Source: an uncultured Spirochaetota bacterium (GTDB lineage Bacteria; Spirochaetota; Brevinematia; Brevinematales; JAOACQ01). From it: a DNA stretch of 64,000 nucleotides. The notes beneath the pieces were generated by a model that saw nothing but the letters and a program-made list of their open reading frames with translations, was not told the origin of the DNA and made no database searches. The translations under genes were made by a program, and so were the position numbers. The stretch's first letter is position 1; every line of letters begins with the position of its first letter. Location of the stretch: the NCBI GenBank assembly GCA_963783575.1, contig CAWAOD010000006.1, positions 1 through 64,000 of the forward strand, written 5' to 3'. Positions 34,681 to 46,645 of the stretch are shown here, in pieces.

Positions 34681-35877
34681 ATGAATATAGCTCTGTTTCT
34701 GGATTGTTTTGCACCGATGAAAAATGGAGTAATAACCTCGGCGATGCAGTTGAAAGAAGGCTTGGAAAAAAAAGGGCATCATGTTGTTATTGCTACCGTC
34801 CATATAAAGGGTTATGTTAACGACGATCCGAACGTTATTATGTTTCCCCTTATACCCTTTGATTTCGGATCAAAACAGGGATTTGGCCCCGCTATTGTTA
34901 ATATGAAAAAGCTGCTCGGTTTTTTAAAAGATAATAAAATTGATTTGATTCATGTCCATACGGAATTTTCGCTCGGCCTGGCGGGCCGTAATGCGGCATT
35001 GAAATTAAAAATTCCACGCATTACAACAACTCATACCATGTGGGAACAGTATACAAACTATTCATTCCTTTTAAAATTAAAAACCTTATTCCGAACTTAT
35101 TTAAGGTATTATTTAAAAGGTACGAATGTTATCGTAGCCCCCTCGATTAAAGCTAAGAAATATGACCAGATGGTTGTTCCAAAAATACCTGTTCAGATTG
35201 TTCCGAATGGAATCGACATGCAGAAATTCAAATCGGCTTCCTTAACTGAAAATGATATTAATGATCTCAGGACAAAATACGGGATAAAGCCAAACGACAA
35301 ACTTTTAATTTTTGTTGGAAGAATTGGGCCGGAAAAGAGGGTGGAAGAGCTTTTCAATTCCGTTGTTCCTGTAATAAAGAAATATCCGAATGTTAAAATG
35401 GTTTACGTTGGAGATGGTCCATCTTCCGGTACCTTGAAGGAAAAAGCCAAAAGTTTGGGGCTTGAAAATTCGTTTATATTTACCGGCTTTATAAGCTGGG
35501 ATGTTGTTTACAGGCTCTATTCAATAGCAAACATATTTGTTACATCTTCTTTGAGCGAAGTGCATCCGATGACATTGATTGAAGGTGCAATGTGTGGACT
35601 TCCATCCATCGCACGCAGGGATGACAGTTATCTTGACCTTGTCCATCCTAGGAAAAACGGCTATCTTGTTGACACCGATGAGGAAATGACGGAAAAAATT
35701 GAAAAACTGATAAATGACGAGGCTCTATCAAAGGAATTTTCCAGGAATGCGTTTGAGATTTCAAAGCTCTTCACGGCTGAAACACATGTTAACCGGATGG
35801 AAAAACTATACCGGAAAGTATTGGAATATTATCCGGATAAACTGGAAAAGCTTAAGGATGAGAATCTGTTAGACTAA
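34681..35877 (+). CDS. Glycosyltransferase family 4 (diacylglycerol glucosyltransferase-like)
   Basis: NGVITS, HVHTEFSLG, FVGRIGPEK, SEVHPMTLIE. Confidence 0.88.
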   Translation: MNIALFLDCFAPMKNGVITSAMQLKEGLEKKGHHVVIATVHIKGYVNDDPNVIMFPLIPFDFGSKQGFGPAIVNMKKLLGFLKDNKIDLIHVHTEFSLGLAGRNAALKLKIPRITTTHTMWEQYTNYSFLLKLKTLFRTYLRYYLKGTNVIVAPSIKAKKYDQMVVPKIPVQIVPNGIDMQKFKSASLTENDINDLRTKYGIKPNDKLLIFVGRIGPEKRVEELFNSVVPVIKKYPNVKMVYVGDGPSSGTLKEKAKSLGLENSFIFTGFISWDVVYRLYSIANIFVTSSLSEVHPMTLIEGAMCGLPSIARRDDSYLDLVHPRKNGYLVDTDEEMTEKIEKLINDEALSKEFSRNAFEISKLFTAETHVNRMEKLYRKVLEYYPDKLEKLKDENLLD

Positions 35878-35881
35878 TTAG

Positions 35882-37087
35882 ATGCCCTCGTTATATATTC
35901 ATATTCCTTTTTGTAAAAGCAAATGCCCCTATTGCGGCTTCATAAGCGGTTTAAAACCCATTAAAGAAAGCTTTGACAAGTATGTTGGTTATCTTTGCAG
36001 GGAAATGAATTTGTTTCTTAAATCAAATCCCCTGAATAATAAAATATCCACTCTATATATTGGGGGCGGTACTCCTTCACTACTATCACCGGATAATATT
36101 GAACGGTTGTTTTCTTATATTTACAAAAATTTTAACTTCAACGGCGATGAAATAACCTTTGAAGCAAACCCAGATGATGTTACAAAAGAAATTGCCAATA
36201 TATGGAAAAACGCAGGAATAAACCGTGTCAGTCTGGGTTTCCAGTCAATGCAGGGCAACATTCTTAAATTTCTTGGCCGGAGAAATACGGCCAGTCAGAA
36301 TATGCGATCTATGGAAATACTACGTAATGCTGGTTTTACAAATATAAGCATCGATTTAATCGGCTCCATCCGCGGCGAAGATTTTATAAAATCTATTTCC
36401 GGTGTTCTCGTATTAGATCCGGAGCATATCTCGGTGTATCAGCTTTCCATTGAAGAAAAAACACTTCTCTTTCAGAGAGTCAGGAATAAAGAATACATTC
36501 CATTAAGCGACAAAGAATATATTAAAAGATACTGGAAAACAAACGATATACTTGAGAAAAACGGCTATGATCATTATGAAATTTCAAATTATGCTTTTTT
36601 AAATACCGCCGGTAATAAAGTTTGTACATACGGACTTCATAACGGTAATTATTGGGATTACGGGGAATATATTGGAATAGGGCTGGGGGCTTCGGGATTT
36701 TTATACAATAAAAATCAGTCTGTTTTAAAAACAAAAAATTCCATAAATGGCTTTTCAGGAATGAGATGGACTAATTCAACGAACATTAATGAATATTTTA
36801 TAAAGATTGATAAGAATCTTTTACCGCAGGGTTTTGCCGAAGAAATTGACGCTGTTACCGCTATAAAAGAATACTTAATGCTTGGTCTGCGTAAAAAAAA
36901 TGGAGTGGACGCCGGGTCTTTCCAAAGATTTTTTAATTGCAGGTTTTTTGATGTAATTGATTGTAATTCCCTCCAAAAACTTTCGGGATTTCTTGAGATA
37001 ACTTCTGATAATTTACACCTTACAAGTAATGGTATCAATGTTGCAGATTCTGTAATCAGAGAAATCTGGGAATTGATAAAATATTAA
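35882..37087 (+). CDS. hemW: Radical SAM heme chaperone HemW (HemN-like)
   Basis: LYIHIPFCKSKCPYC, GGGTPS, YEISN, HNxxYW. Confidence 0.9.
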   Translation: MPSLYIHIPFCKSKCPYCGFISGLKPIKESFDKYVGYLCREMNLFLKSNPLNNKISTLYIGGGTPSLLSPDNIERLFSYIYKNFNFNGDEITFEANPDDVTKEIANIWKNAGINRVSLGFQSMQGNILKFLGRRNTASQNMRSMEILRNAGFTNISIDLIGSIRGEDFIKSISGVLVLDPEHISVYQLSIEEKTLLFQRVRNKEYIPLSDKEYIKRYWKTNDILEKNGYDHYEISNYAFLNTAGNKVCTYGLHNGNYWDYGEYIGIGLGASGFLYNKNQSVLKTKNSINGFSGMRWTNSTNINEYFIKIDKNLLPQGFAEEIDAVTAIKEYLMLGLRKKNGVDAGSFQRFFNCRFFDVIDCNSLQKLSGFLEITSDNLHLTSNGINVADSVIREIWELIKY

Positions 37088-37147
37088 ATTCTGGATATAA
37101 TTTGATAAGGTTTCTAATTTTCTTAAAATTATTTTGAGGTATTTAAA

Positions 37148-37975
37148 ATGAATTTTATTCCAGGGTATTGTCCGCCTGAGAATTCCGGTATATCATACTG
37201 GTTCCTTTTTAATAATGACCAGATATATGTGACTTTAGACAATGATAAATTTGCTGTACCGGTTTTAGATAGAGAATTAATCGAAAATAACAGAGTTCGT
37301 TATATTCATTATCTTGGAGGCCTTGACGGTTATTCATGCTTTACGGCTGAGATTTCTGAAAAAAATTCCATAATAGAGAAATTTTCTCCTGAGAATATAC
37401 GGAAATTATTCGGCCGAATTGATGATAAGCTTTTTCAAATATCATTAACCGCGTATCATATTTTGAATTGGGATAAAAACAGCCAGTATTGCGGGAAATG
37501 CGGTTCAGTAACCGTCAATAAAAAGGATGAAAGGGCAAAGATATGCTCGAAATGCGGGCATGTCATTTTTCCCAGAATCTCACCGGCTGTTATTGTTGCA
37601 ATAATTAATGAAGATAAAATCCTTTTGGCAAGGGCTAACCGGTTTTCATCTAACTTTTACAGCGTAATCGCAGGGTTTGTTGAACCCGGTGAAAGTATGG
37701 AAGACTGCGTAATAAGGGAAGTTAAAGAAGAAACCGGTATTGAGGTAAAGAACATAAGGTATTTCGGAAGCCAGCCATGGCCGTTTCCAGATTCTTTGAT
37801 GGCCGGGTTTATTGCCGATTACGCAGGAGGCGAAATCAGGATAGATAATAAAGAAATTTTAGATGCCGGATGGTACAAAGCAGATCAGTTTCCCCAAATT
37901 CCTGAAAGAATTAGCATTGCAAGAAGCCTGATTGATTGGTTTGTTGAAAATCAGAAAAAAATTTGTGAACGCTAG
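37148..37975 (+). CDS. nudC: NADH pyrophosphatase
   Basis: Zn ribbon, Nudix box GFVEPGE...REVKEETG, SQPWPFPDS. Confidence 0.95.
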   Translation: MNFIPGYCPPENSGISYWFLFNNDQIYVTLDNDKFAVPVLDRELIENNRVRYIHYLGGLDGYSCFTAEISEKNSIIEKFSPENIRKLFGRIDDKLFQISLTAYHILNWDKNSQYCGKCGSVTVNKKDERAKICSKCGHVIFPRISPAVIVAIINEDKILLARANRFSSNFYSVIAGFVEPGESMEDCVIREVKEETGIEVKNIRYFGSQPWPFPDSLMAGFIADYAGGEIRIDNKEILDAGWYKADQFPQIPERISIARSLIDWFVENQKKICER

Positions 37976-38001
37976 TTCGGCAGCAACACGATGTTGCATA
38001 C

Positions 38002-38030
38002 TTTACAGATACAAATATTTCTATTATAAT
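38002..38030 (+). promoter_or_regulatory. Sigma70-type promoter for the topoisomerase gene
   Basis: TTTACA-17 nt-TATAAT. Confidence 0.55.
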
Positions 38031-38073
38031 ATAAACTGTCTAAAATTTATACCTATAGAGGAGTTTTAGTAAA

Positions 38074-40548
38074 ATGGCAAAAGATGAGATTTTCGATACA
38101 TCACAGATGATTGATTCTTATTTTGAAGATGAAATAAAAACATCTTATTTGAACTATGCTTACAGCGTCATTACAAGCCGCGCGATCCCTGATGTCAGGG
38201 ACGGAGTTAAACCGGTTCAGCGGAGAATTTTATTTACGATGTCCGAACTTTCGCTCTGGCATGATAAGCAAACGAAAAAAAGCGCAAGAATCATCGGGGA
38301 TGTTCTGGGAAAATATCATCCTCATGGAGATTCATCCATATATATGGCTATGGTTAAAATGGCCCAGGATTTCCACATGAGATACCCGCTTGTTCAGGGA
38401 CAGGGGAATATTGGTTCGATAGACGATGATCCTCCGGCGGCAATGCGATATACCGAGGCAAAACTTACGAAAGTCGCCGAATTTATGCTTACGGATATTG
38501 ATAAAAACACAGTTGACTTCAAAACTAATTTCGACGATTCTATGCAGGAACCGTCAGTACTGCCCGGAAAATTTCCCAATCTGCTCTGTAACGGCACAAC
38601 CGGTATTGCTGTTGGAATGGCGACCGATATTCCGCCGCATAATTTTACGGAAGTAGCTAATGCGATCTCGGCATATATCGCAAATCCGGCAATAACAATC
38701 GAAGGATTGATGCATCATATCAAAGGACCCGATTTTCCAACCTGCGGTTTATTAACCGATACCTCGTCACTCAGGGAAACATATGAGAAAGGCTACGGTT
38801 CGATTGAGCTTGCCGGTAAAATAACCGTCGAAGAAAAAGGCAATCATAAGGATATCATTATAACCGAGATTCCGTACAGGGTTGTCAAATCCAAGCTTGT
38901 TGAAGAGATAACAAATCTTTACCTGAATAACGAGAGTAAATATAATATAATCCTCCGCGGGATAAAAGAAGTACGCGATGAATCTGGGAAGGAAGGGATA
39001 AGGATCGTTGTTGAGCTATTCCGGGACGCCAATCTGGAAGCGATTAAAACCACGCTTTACAGCCAGACCGCTCTGAAAGTCAGGCTGAAAGTCAACATGA
39101 CAGGGCTTGTGAAGAACCATCCAAGGGTTTTAAACCTCAAAGACCTTATCCACAACTACGTCGAACACAGAAGGGAAGTCATTATCAGAAGGACGCAGTT
39201 CGATCTTGATAAGGCTCTTGCTAGGATTCACATTGTCGATGGGCTTCTTATTGCGCTTGAAAATATCGATGAAGTAATAAAAACTATCAAGACCTCTAAA
39301 GATACACCCACGGCAAGAACTAACCTGATGTCAAGATTCAGGCTGTCGGAGATACAGGCTGATGCAATACTGGACATGCGGCTCCAGAAATTAACAGGTC
39401 TTGAGACCAATAAACTTAAAGAAGAAAAACAGGCACTGGAGAAATTGATAAGCGAACTGAGGGAAATCCTCGGCAACGCTAAAAAAAGAGATGAAATCAT
39501 CAACAATGAACTGGCCGAGATGGTAATCGCAATAGGCGACGAAAGAAAAACCAAATTCGAAGAGATCTTCACGGAAAAAATAGAAACGGAAGAATTGATC
39601 AGTAATGATCCGATTCTGCTTACGGTTTCCAAAAAAGGCTTCATCATCCGTGAAGTCGGCAACTATTTGAAGACCGGCTCGAGGGGATCCCGTGGAAGAA
39701 GAGGAGATGTTACCGATACCGACAGGCTCGAATCCGACGACTATATTTTCGCCACGGTTTCCGGTAACCTGAAAGACACAATCCTTTTTGTGACCGATTC
39801 GGGAAGGATTTACTCGCTTAAAGCTTACGAAATCAGGGGTGATGTAGATGGAAAGATCACCCGCTCGCATATCCGGAATATCGAAAGGCTGAGAGAAATC
39901 GAGATCAGGGGAGAGGCAATCACGGCGGTTCTTCTGGTCGCTGAGTTCAGCAGTAATTCCTACATCCTGTTCATTACAAAAAAAGGCAAAGCAGCGCGTA
40001 TTGCGCTTTCCAGTTTTAGCAGCATAATCCGTACCGGTGTAAACAGTATCAAGCTCAAACCGGGAGACGCAGTTATTAGGGCCATCATTACAGATGGAAC
40101 TAAAAAGCTCTTTCTTGTAAAGCGAAATGCGAAGGGTTTCCGTTTTGATGAAAACCTGTTTCCGGCGCATAACCGTGGTGTCGGCGGTGAAAAAGCCACA
40201 TCCGTAACTGCCCCTGAAGAGGAAGTGCTAGGTATGGAGCTGGCCGATGAGAATAAATCCATAATCTTCATAACAAAAGACGGCAAAGGTAGAAAGGTTT
40301 CACCCTCGGAATTTACCGAGCTCGTCAATAGGGGCGGGAAGGGACATAAACTGGTTGAGCTAGGTAAGAGAAGGTTCCTTGCAAGCTACACCCTCTGCGA
40401 AGCAGGAGATGCCGTGATTATCACCACAAAGAACGGCAGAAGGATATCATTCCCGGTTGATTCGATCGAGTCGAACTTATTAAAGCTTATAGATATTGTG
40501 GGAGACGATGAGGTATCATCGATTTCTACAATAGATGTGACAGAATAA
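38074..40548 (+). CDS. Type IIA topoisomerase subunit A (GyrA/ParC), no B subunit adjacent
   Basis: [22 protein letters not shown] catalytic Tyr, beta-pinwheel repeats. Confidence 0.93.
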   Translation: MAKDEIFDTSQMIDSYFEDEIKTSYLNYAYSVITSRAIPDVRDGVKPVQRRILFTMSELSLWHDKQTKKSARIIGDVLGKYHPHGDSSIYMAMVKMAQDFHMRYPLVQGQGNIGSIDDDPPAAMRYTEAKLTKVAEFMLTDIDKNTVDFKTNFDDSMQEPSVLPGKFPNLLCNGTTGIAVGMATDIPPHNFTEVANAISAYIANPAITIEGLMHHIKGPDFPTCGLLTDTSSLRETYEKGYGSIELAGKITVEEKGNHKDIIITEIPYRVVKSKLVEEITNLYLNNESKYNIILRGIKEVRDESGKEGIRIVVELFRDANLEAIKTTLYSQTALKVRLKVNMTGLVKNHPRVLNLKDLIHNYVEHRREVIIRRTQFDLDKALARIHIVDGLLIALENIDEVIKTIKTSKDTPTARTNLMSRFRLSEIQADAILDMRLQKLTGLETNKLKEEKQALEKLISELREILGNAKKRDEIINNELAEMVIAIGDERKTKFEEIFTEKIETEELISNDPILLTVSKKGFIIREVGNYLKTGSRGSRGRRGDVTDTDRLESDDYIFATVSGNLKDTILFVTDSGRIYSLKAYEIRGDVDGKITRSHIRNIERLREIEIRGEAITAVLLVAEFSSNSYILFITKKGKAARIALSSFSSIIRTGVNSIKLKPGDAVIRAIITDGTKKLFLVKRNAKGFRFDENLFPAHNRGVGGEKATSVTAPEEEVLGMELADENKSIIFITKDGKGRKVSPSEFTELVNRGGKGHKLVELGKRRFLASYTLCEAGDAVIITTKNGRRISFPVDSIESNLLKLIDIVGDDEVSSISTIDVTE

Positions 40549-40564
40549 AATCCGGAGAGTAAAT

Positions 40565-41257
40565 ATGCAGAATTATGATTGCATTATATTTGATCTTTAC
40601 AACACAATTATAGATGATACATTCGGGATAAAAGAGAGGGAAAGGTTTATTCTTGACAATATCTATACTATCCTTGATAAATCATTGTTTCCTGTTAAAT
40701 TTAACCTGATTGAGAAAAAATATAAGGAAATGATCCAATACATGGAAGATTTCCATAAAAAGACCCGTAGGGCTTTTATCCCTTTTTACCAGGTTGCGAA
40801 ACTGCTTAATCTTCTTAACATCGGCGATAATGTGGTTTTTAAAAAAGTTTATGACTGCTACGTCGACGCAATCCTTCAGATCGAACCCAAGCTTGTAAAA
40901 AATGTGGAAAGATCACTCGATCTGCTGAAAGAAAGGAACAAGAAAATCGGATTGATATCCAATACCGGAAGGACCCCGGGTTATGTTATAAGAATGCTGT
41001 TAAAACAGTTGAATATTCTTGCTTATTTCGATGATTTAACCTTTTCCGATGAGGTTGGATTTTTAAAGCCTGAACCGGTAATATTTGAACTCGCGCTGAA
41101 AAAATTAGGGGCTGATAAGAAAAACACCATTTTTATCGGTGATATAAAAACAAGCGATTATAACGGTGCCGTTAAAGCCGGGTTGAACGCGCATCTTTTC
41201 CGCAGGGAAGAAGAGGATTTATATCAGCTTGTTGTTAATTATACCGGTGAATATTAG
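40565..41257 (+). CDS. HAD family hydrolase
   Basis: IFDLYNT, ISNT, KP, IGD...D. Confidence 0.88.
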   Translation: MQNYDCIIFDLYNTIIDDTFGIKERERFILDNIYTILDKSLFPVKFNLIEKKYKEMIQYMEDFHKKTRRAFIPFYQVAKLLNLLNIGDNVVFKKVYDCYVDAILQIEPKLVKNVERSLDLLKERNKKIGLISNTGRTPGYVIRMLLKQLNILAYFDDLTFSDEVGFLKPEPVIFELALKKLGADKKNTIFIGDIKTSDYNGAVKAGLNAHLFRREEEDLYQLVVNYTGEY

Positions 41258-41324
41258 GTAAGCAGCATGATGGCCATCCATATTTATAAATATGATAATA
41301 AATTATCGATTATTCAATAAGGGT

Positions 41325-41380
41325 CAAGCACCTGCCCTGAGTACCCCGGCCCAGCCGGGGGTATCGAAGGGTCATGCTTG
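41325..41380. repeat. Long GC-rich hairpin (REP-like) directly upstream of the pheS RBS
   Basis: Nested stems caagca/tgcttg, ccct/aggg, taccccggc/gccgggggta. Confidence 0.6.
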
Positions 41381-41395
41381 GCAGGAGAATTTTAT

Positions 41396-42421
<1,026 letters not shown>

Positions 42422-42444
42422 CCTCAAGAACGGGAGGAATAAAA

Positions 42445-44793
42445 ATGATCGTGACTTACAATTGGCTTAAAGAATTCGTTAAATTTGATCTTCCGGTTAG
42501 TGATTTTGCGAATAAATTAACTTCAGTCGGACCTGAAGTTGTTTCAACCAAAAAAACAGGAGTGGATCAGGCAAATATTTCTTTGATATTTCCCGTAAAA
42601 GTAACCTCGATTGAAAAGCATCCGAAAGCTGACTCTTTAAGAATTTGTAAAGTTAACTCCAGCCAGGGAAATTATGAACTGGTTACAAACAGCCTTATAC
42701 TTGAAAAAGGCGACTTTGCGGTATTATCCCTCCCCGGAGCAAGGCTTCCAAATGATATGGAAATTAAGGAAACGTTTATAAAAGGTGAAAAATCCGAAGG
42801 GATGCTCCTGGCAAAAGAGCATTTGAATCTTGAGGAAAAAAGCCAGGATGTCTGGATTCTTGGATGTGATGAAAAGACTGCAAAATCCGAATTTGATGAA
42901 TATACAAAAGAAGATTATATCATAGAAATCGAGCTTACTTCAAACCGCTCGGACTGTTTATCAGTAATAGGCATAGCGCGTGAAGTTGCGGCCATGCTGA
43001 ATAAAGAATTGGCCGTACCTAAAGCAAGCGTTCGTGAAACAACAGATGAAATGCCTGACGTGCAGATCCTGGAAAAAAATCTTTGTCCCCGTTATTCTGC
43101 CAGGATATTAAGAGACATCAAAGTGACGGAATCTCCCGGCTGGATAAAAAGGAGGCTTGAATTGTGCGGGATCAGGCCGATCAATAATATTGTCGACGCG
43201 ACAAACTATGTTCTTCTTGAATACGGACATCCGATGCATGTTTTTGATCTTAGCAGCCTTGACGGCGGACAGATCATCGTTAGAAAAGCGGAAAACAAAG
43301 AGGAATTTAAAACCCTGGACAGCCAGCCCCATGAATTGAATGAAGAAATGCTTGTGATCTGTGATAAGAATAAAGCTGTCGCTTTAGCCGGGATAATGGG
43401 CGGCGAGAATAGCGAAATTCTTGACTCTACAGTTGATATCCTTCTTGAAAGCGCATATTTTGATCCAGTCTCAATCAGGGCAACTTCAAAAAAACTTGGA
43501 ATCAAGACTGAATCTTCTTACAGATTCGAAAGGAACGCCGACTGGGGTGTAACAACAGGAGCTATAGAAAGAGCAACGGAGATCATTCTTTTAACTTGCG
43601 AACCGAAAATATCAAAAATCAGGGATGAATATGTTAATATTTTCAAGGACAAGATAATAAATGTTAAAGAGGATTATATTTCATTAAAATTAGGCATCGA
43701 GCTTTCGATCAAAGAGATTGAAGCCATACTTAAAAGGCTGAAGTTCGCGATTGTCGCCAAGCGTGAGGATACCATCGAGGTAAAAGTACCGACTTTCCGT
43801 TCCGATATTTCCAAAACTATCGATATAGTTGAAGAAGTTGCCAGGATTTACGGATATAACAGCATTCCTCAGAATCAGTTCAAACCGCCGGTGGATGTCG
43901 AAAGCCTGCGGCCAAGGAAGGATCTGAAAGATAAACTGCGGGGATTATTATCCGGCCAGGGTTTTACCGAAGCATACAATTTTAGTTTTACCAATGAACT
44001 TGAAATGAAAAAATTTATGGTTATGGACAATAGTACGCTTAAGCTTCAAAATCCTCTTACACAGGATGCTACATTAATGAGGAATTATCTTTTTTTCGGG
44101 CTCCTAAAAAATATTGAATTCAATATTAAAAATGCATACAGGGACGAAGCCAGGTTTTACGAAATTGGCAGGACATTTATAAAAGACAGTAAAAATTATC
44201 TTGAAAAGCAGAAATTGGCCTTTGTAATTTATGGAAATGGATACGACTATTATACGGCTTCAGGAATAATTGAGTGGATACTTAAAAAGATCGGAAATAA
44301 GCCAATAAGCTTCGCTGCCTGTGGTCTGCCATTCCTCCATCCCGTCAATTCTGCGATCATATTGTACAATGGTAAAAATATCGGATTTGCGGGTGAAATA
44401 TTCCCGGATATTTCAGAAAAACTTGATTTCAAGCACCCCGCGTTTGCTGCGGAGATTGAAATTTCATCTTTAAATGAAATTCTGAATGAAACATTCGAAC
44501 TGAAAACCATAGGCAAATTTCCTCCTACAACAAGAGACCTTTCAATAGTTGTAGATCTTTCGGTACTAGCAAGGGACATTATGAAGGATATTGAACATTT
44601 CCATGAACGGATATCGAATGTTGAATTTATCGATATTTTCAAGGGCTTGCAGATCGGTGCCAATAAAAAAAGTTTAACTTATTCAATAACTTTCCAGAGC
44701 ATGGAAAAAACCCTTACCGATAAGGAAGTCAACGATATAATGGACCTGCTTATTGAACAAATAAAGAGGAATTTCAATGCTGAGCTGAGATAA
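42445..44793 (+). CDS. pheT: Phenylalanyl-tRNA synthetase beta
   Basis: NRSDCLS, NNIVDATNYV, DIVEEVARIYGY, C-terminal AELR. Confidence 0.97.
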   Translation: MIVTYNWLKEFVKFDLPVSDFANKLTSVGPEVVSTKKTGVDQANISLIFPVKVTSIEKHPKADSLRICKVNSSQGNYELVTNSLILEKGDFAVLSLPGARLPNDMEIKETFIKGEKSEGMLLAKEHLNLEEKSQDVWILGCDEKTAKSEFDEYTKEDYIIEIELTSNRSDCLSVIGIAREVAAMLNKELAVPKASVRETTDEMPDVQILEKNLCPRYSARILRDIKVTESPGWIKRRLELCGIRPINNIVDATNYVLLEYGHPMHVFDLSSLDGGQIIVRKAENKEEFKTLDSQPHELNEEMLVICDKNKAVALAGIMGGENSEILDSTVDILLESAYFDPVSIRATSKKLGIKTESSYRFERNADWGVTTGAIERATEIILLTCEPKISKIRDEYVNIFKDKIINVKEDYISLKLGIELSIKEIEAILKRLKFAIVAKREDTIEVKVPTFRSDISKTIDIVEEVARIYGYNSIPQNQFKPPVDVESLRPRKDLKDKLRGLLSGQGFTEAYNFSFTNELEMKKFMVMDNSTLKLQNPLTQDATLMRNYLFFGLLKNIEFNIKNAYRDEARFYEIGRTFIKDSKNYLEKQKLAFVIYGNGYDYYTASGIIEWILKKIGNKPISFAACGLPFLHPVNSAIILYNGKNIGFAGEIFPDISEKLDFKHPAFAAEIEISSLNEILNETFELKTIGKFPPTTRDLSIVVDLSVLARDIMKDIEHFHERISNVEFIDIFKGLQIGANKKSLTYSITFQSMEKTLTDKEVNDIMDLLIEQIKRNFNAELR

Positions 44794-45188
44794 GATTTAA
44801 ATAAAGTTAATATTACATTTAAATGAATACTGTAATTTTTAATAAAAAGACCGCCTTTTATATTTTGAACGGCAAAGTTATTCACTGATTTTACCCAGTT
44901 AAGGTAGAGCCCGATTTATTTCTGGTAAAATTCTTGAAACTTTTTATTGCTTTTAATGCAATCAAATCTCCTCATTCACTATTTCTTGATTTTGCTGTGG
45001 TTTTTTCTTAATATTTTGTATAGGTATTTCTAAAATTTCAATTTTATAGTATGTTTAAATATTAATGAAGTTTTTATCTTTCTTTTATAAACACATACAA
45101 AATACTTAAAATTCTTTTTAAAGAAATTGGTTATAATGAGATCCCTGAACTGCCAATATATAATTTTTGTTTTTTATTGAAGGAAATA

Positions 45189-46441
45189 ATGGATATAATC
45201 TCAATTATTGCAATTGCAGTTTTTCTAAGCTGTTTGATTCTTGGGTTTTATGTTCTTTTTCAGGATTCAAAAAATACCATAAATATACTTTTTTTCCTGA
45301 TTTGTGTTTCTATATCATTTTGGAACTTATGCACAATTTATGGTTATCATGCGGTATCAAAACAATATGTCGAATTCTGGCTCAAAATCGGCGCCTGTTG
45401 TGTTATCCCGTTTTTTGCCCTGGGTTTGCATTTCTGCTACTTTTTAACTCAAAAAAGAAAATTGAAAATCCATAAATTGATCTTCATTTATCTGCCGGCA
45501 TTATTAATCCTAGTTACAATTATAAACCGTTATTCACTATTTTTTTATTATATCCCTGTTAATGGCCGATGGAAATTTACCCCGGCATTTCAGAGCATAT
45601 TCTTTTATTTTATGATGGCATATACGGTCATTTACAGCTTAATATCGATGTCTCTTGTTTTGATATACGGAAAGAATGCCACCCTCAGGAAAGAAAGGAA
45701 ACAAGCGCTGTGGCTCACTCTGACAGTCGCAGCTATGATCATTATCGGCACATCCAGCAGATATTTATTGCCGTTTTTTCATATCGACCAGGTACCCGAT
45801 ATCGGTGCTACATTTTTCATAATATTTGTTTTCGGTCTATATTATTCCATCTTTCATTATAAATTCCTGATAATAAAACCTTCCATTATTGCAGATGAAA
45901 TTATCTCGAATATAAGCGATATGGTTTGTTGCTGGGCCCTGATTTCAGGATAATTTCGGCTAATAAAAATAGTATGGAACTTTTAAAATTAAACCCGGAA
46001 GGACTAAAAGGAATATACTTTACAAAACTTACTGAATCAGAACAAAGCTTGAATGAGAATTTCAACAGACTTATTGACGGTACATTAAATAAAATGAATT
46101 GCCGGATTATTTATAAAAATAGCCCGGAAAACATTATTACAGATTCCTACCTTTCGAGAGTGACCGATAAATTTTCCGATCTTGCCGGCTTTCTTGTCAT
46201 TTCGAAAGAAAATAAAGGGAAAAAACAGCTTCGCACGGTTTATAAAATAACGGACCGTGAGTTTAATATTATAGATTACATTATATCCGGCATGACTTAT
46301 AAGCAAATTGCCGAAAAGCTTTCATTAAGTGAAAAGACTGTTGAATCCCATCTTTCAAATATTTACAATAAAATAGGGATTAATAATAAAATAGAGTTAA
46401 TAAACATAGCTTATGATTTTAATCTACTCATACGAAAATAA
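45189..46441 (+). CDS. Membrane sensor (HisKA-7TM-like) + PAS + LuxR-type HTH regulator (frameshift ~45925)
   Basis: About seven TM segments; ITDREFNIIDYIISGMTYKQIAEKLSLSEKTVESHLSNIYNKI. Confidence 0.8.
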
Positions 46442-46516
46442 ATTCTTCTATCTGCAAAAAATCCAACCGCGCATTATTAAATCAAATATAGAGATATTTC
46501 TTTATTAATGAAGCTT

Positions 46517-46563
46517 ATCTAAGGGTTTTCCCTGATGACAAATTAATTCGATTGTGCTATTAT
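46517..46563 (+). promoter_or_regulatory. Candidate operator abutting a promoter for the lipoprotein gene
   Basis: Imperfect palindrome atctaagggttttccctgat overlapping ATGACA-17 nt-TATTAT with an extended TG. Confidence 0.45.
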
Positions 46564-46645
46564 AAAAATAGAACTTCTGCATTAAATGTTAATAATTTTA
46601 TCCTTTTCTGCTGGAGTTTTGTTAAAAATATCAAAGGAGTTGAAA

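Noticed and set aside
33088..35877. Pycsar or CBASS anti-phage operon
   Set aside because: No TIR, 2TM/4TM or nuclease effector next to the cyclase; the neighbours are housekeeping genes.
39228..40328. Long antisense ORFs within the topoisomerase gene, and similar shadow ORFs over ribosomal genes
   Set aside because: They lie opposite well-conserved genes, have no recognisable motifs and are explained by codon bias.
41258..41395. T-box riboswitch or pheM-type attenuator upstream of pheS
   Set aside because: The leader is short, with no T-box consensus, no terminator U-tract and no Phe-rich peptide.
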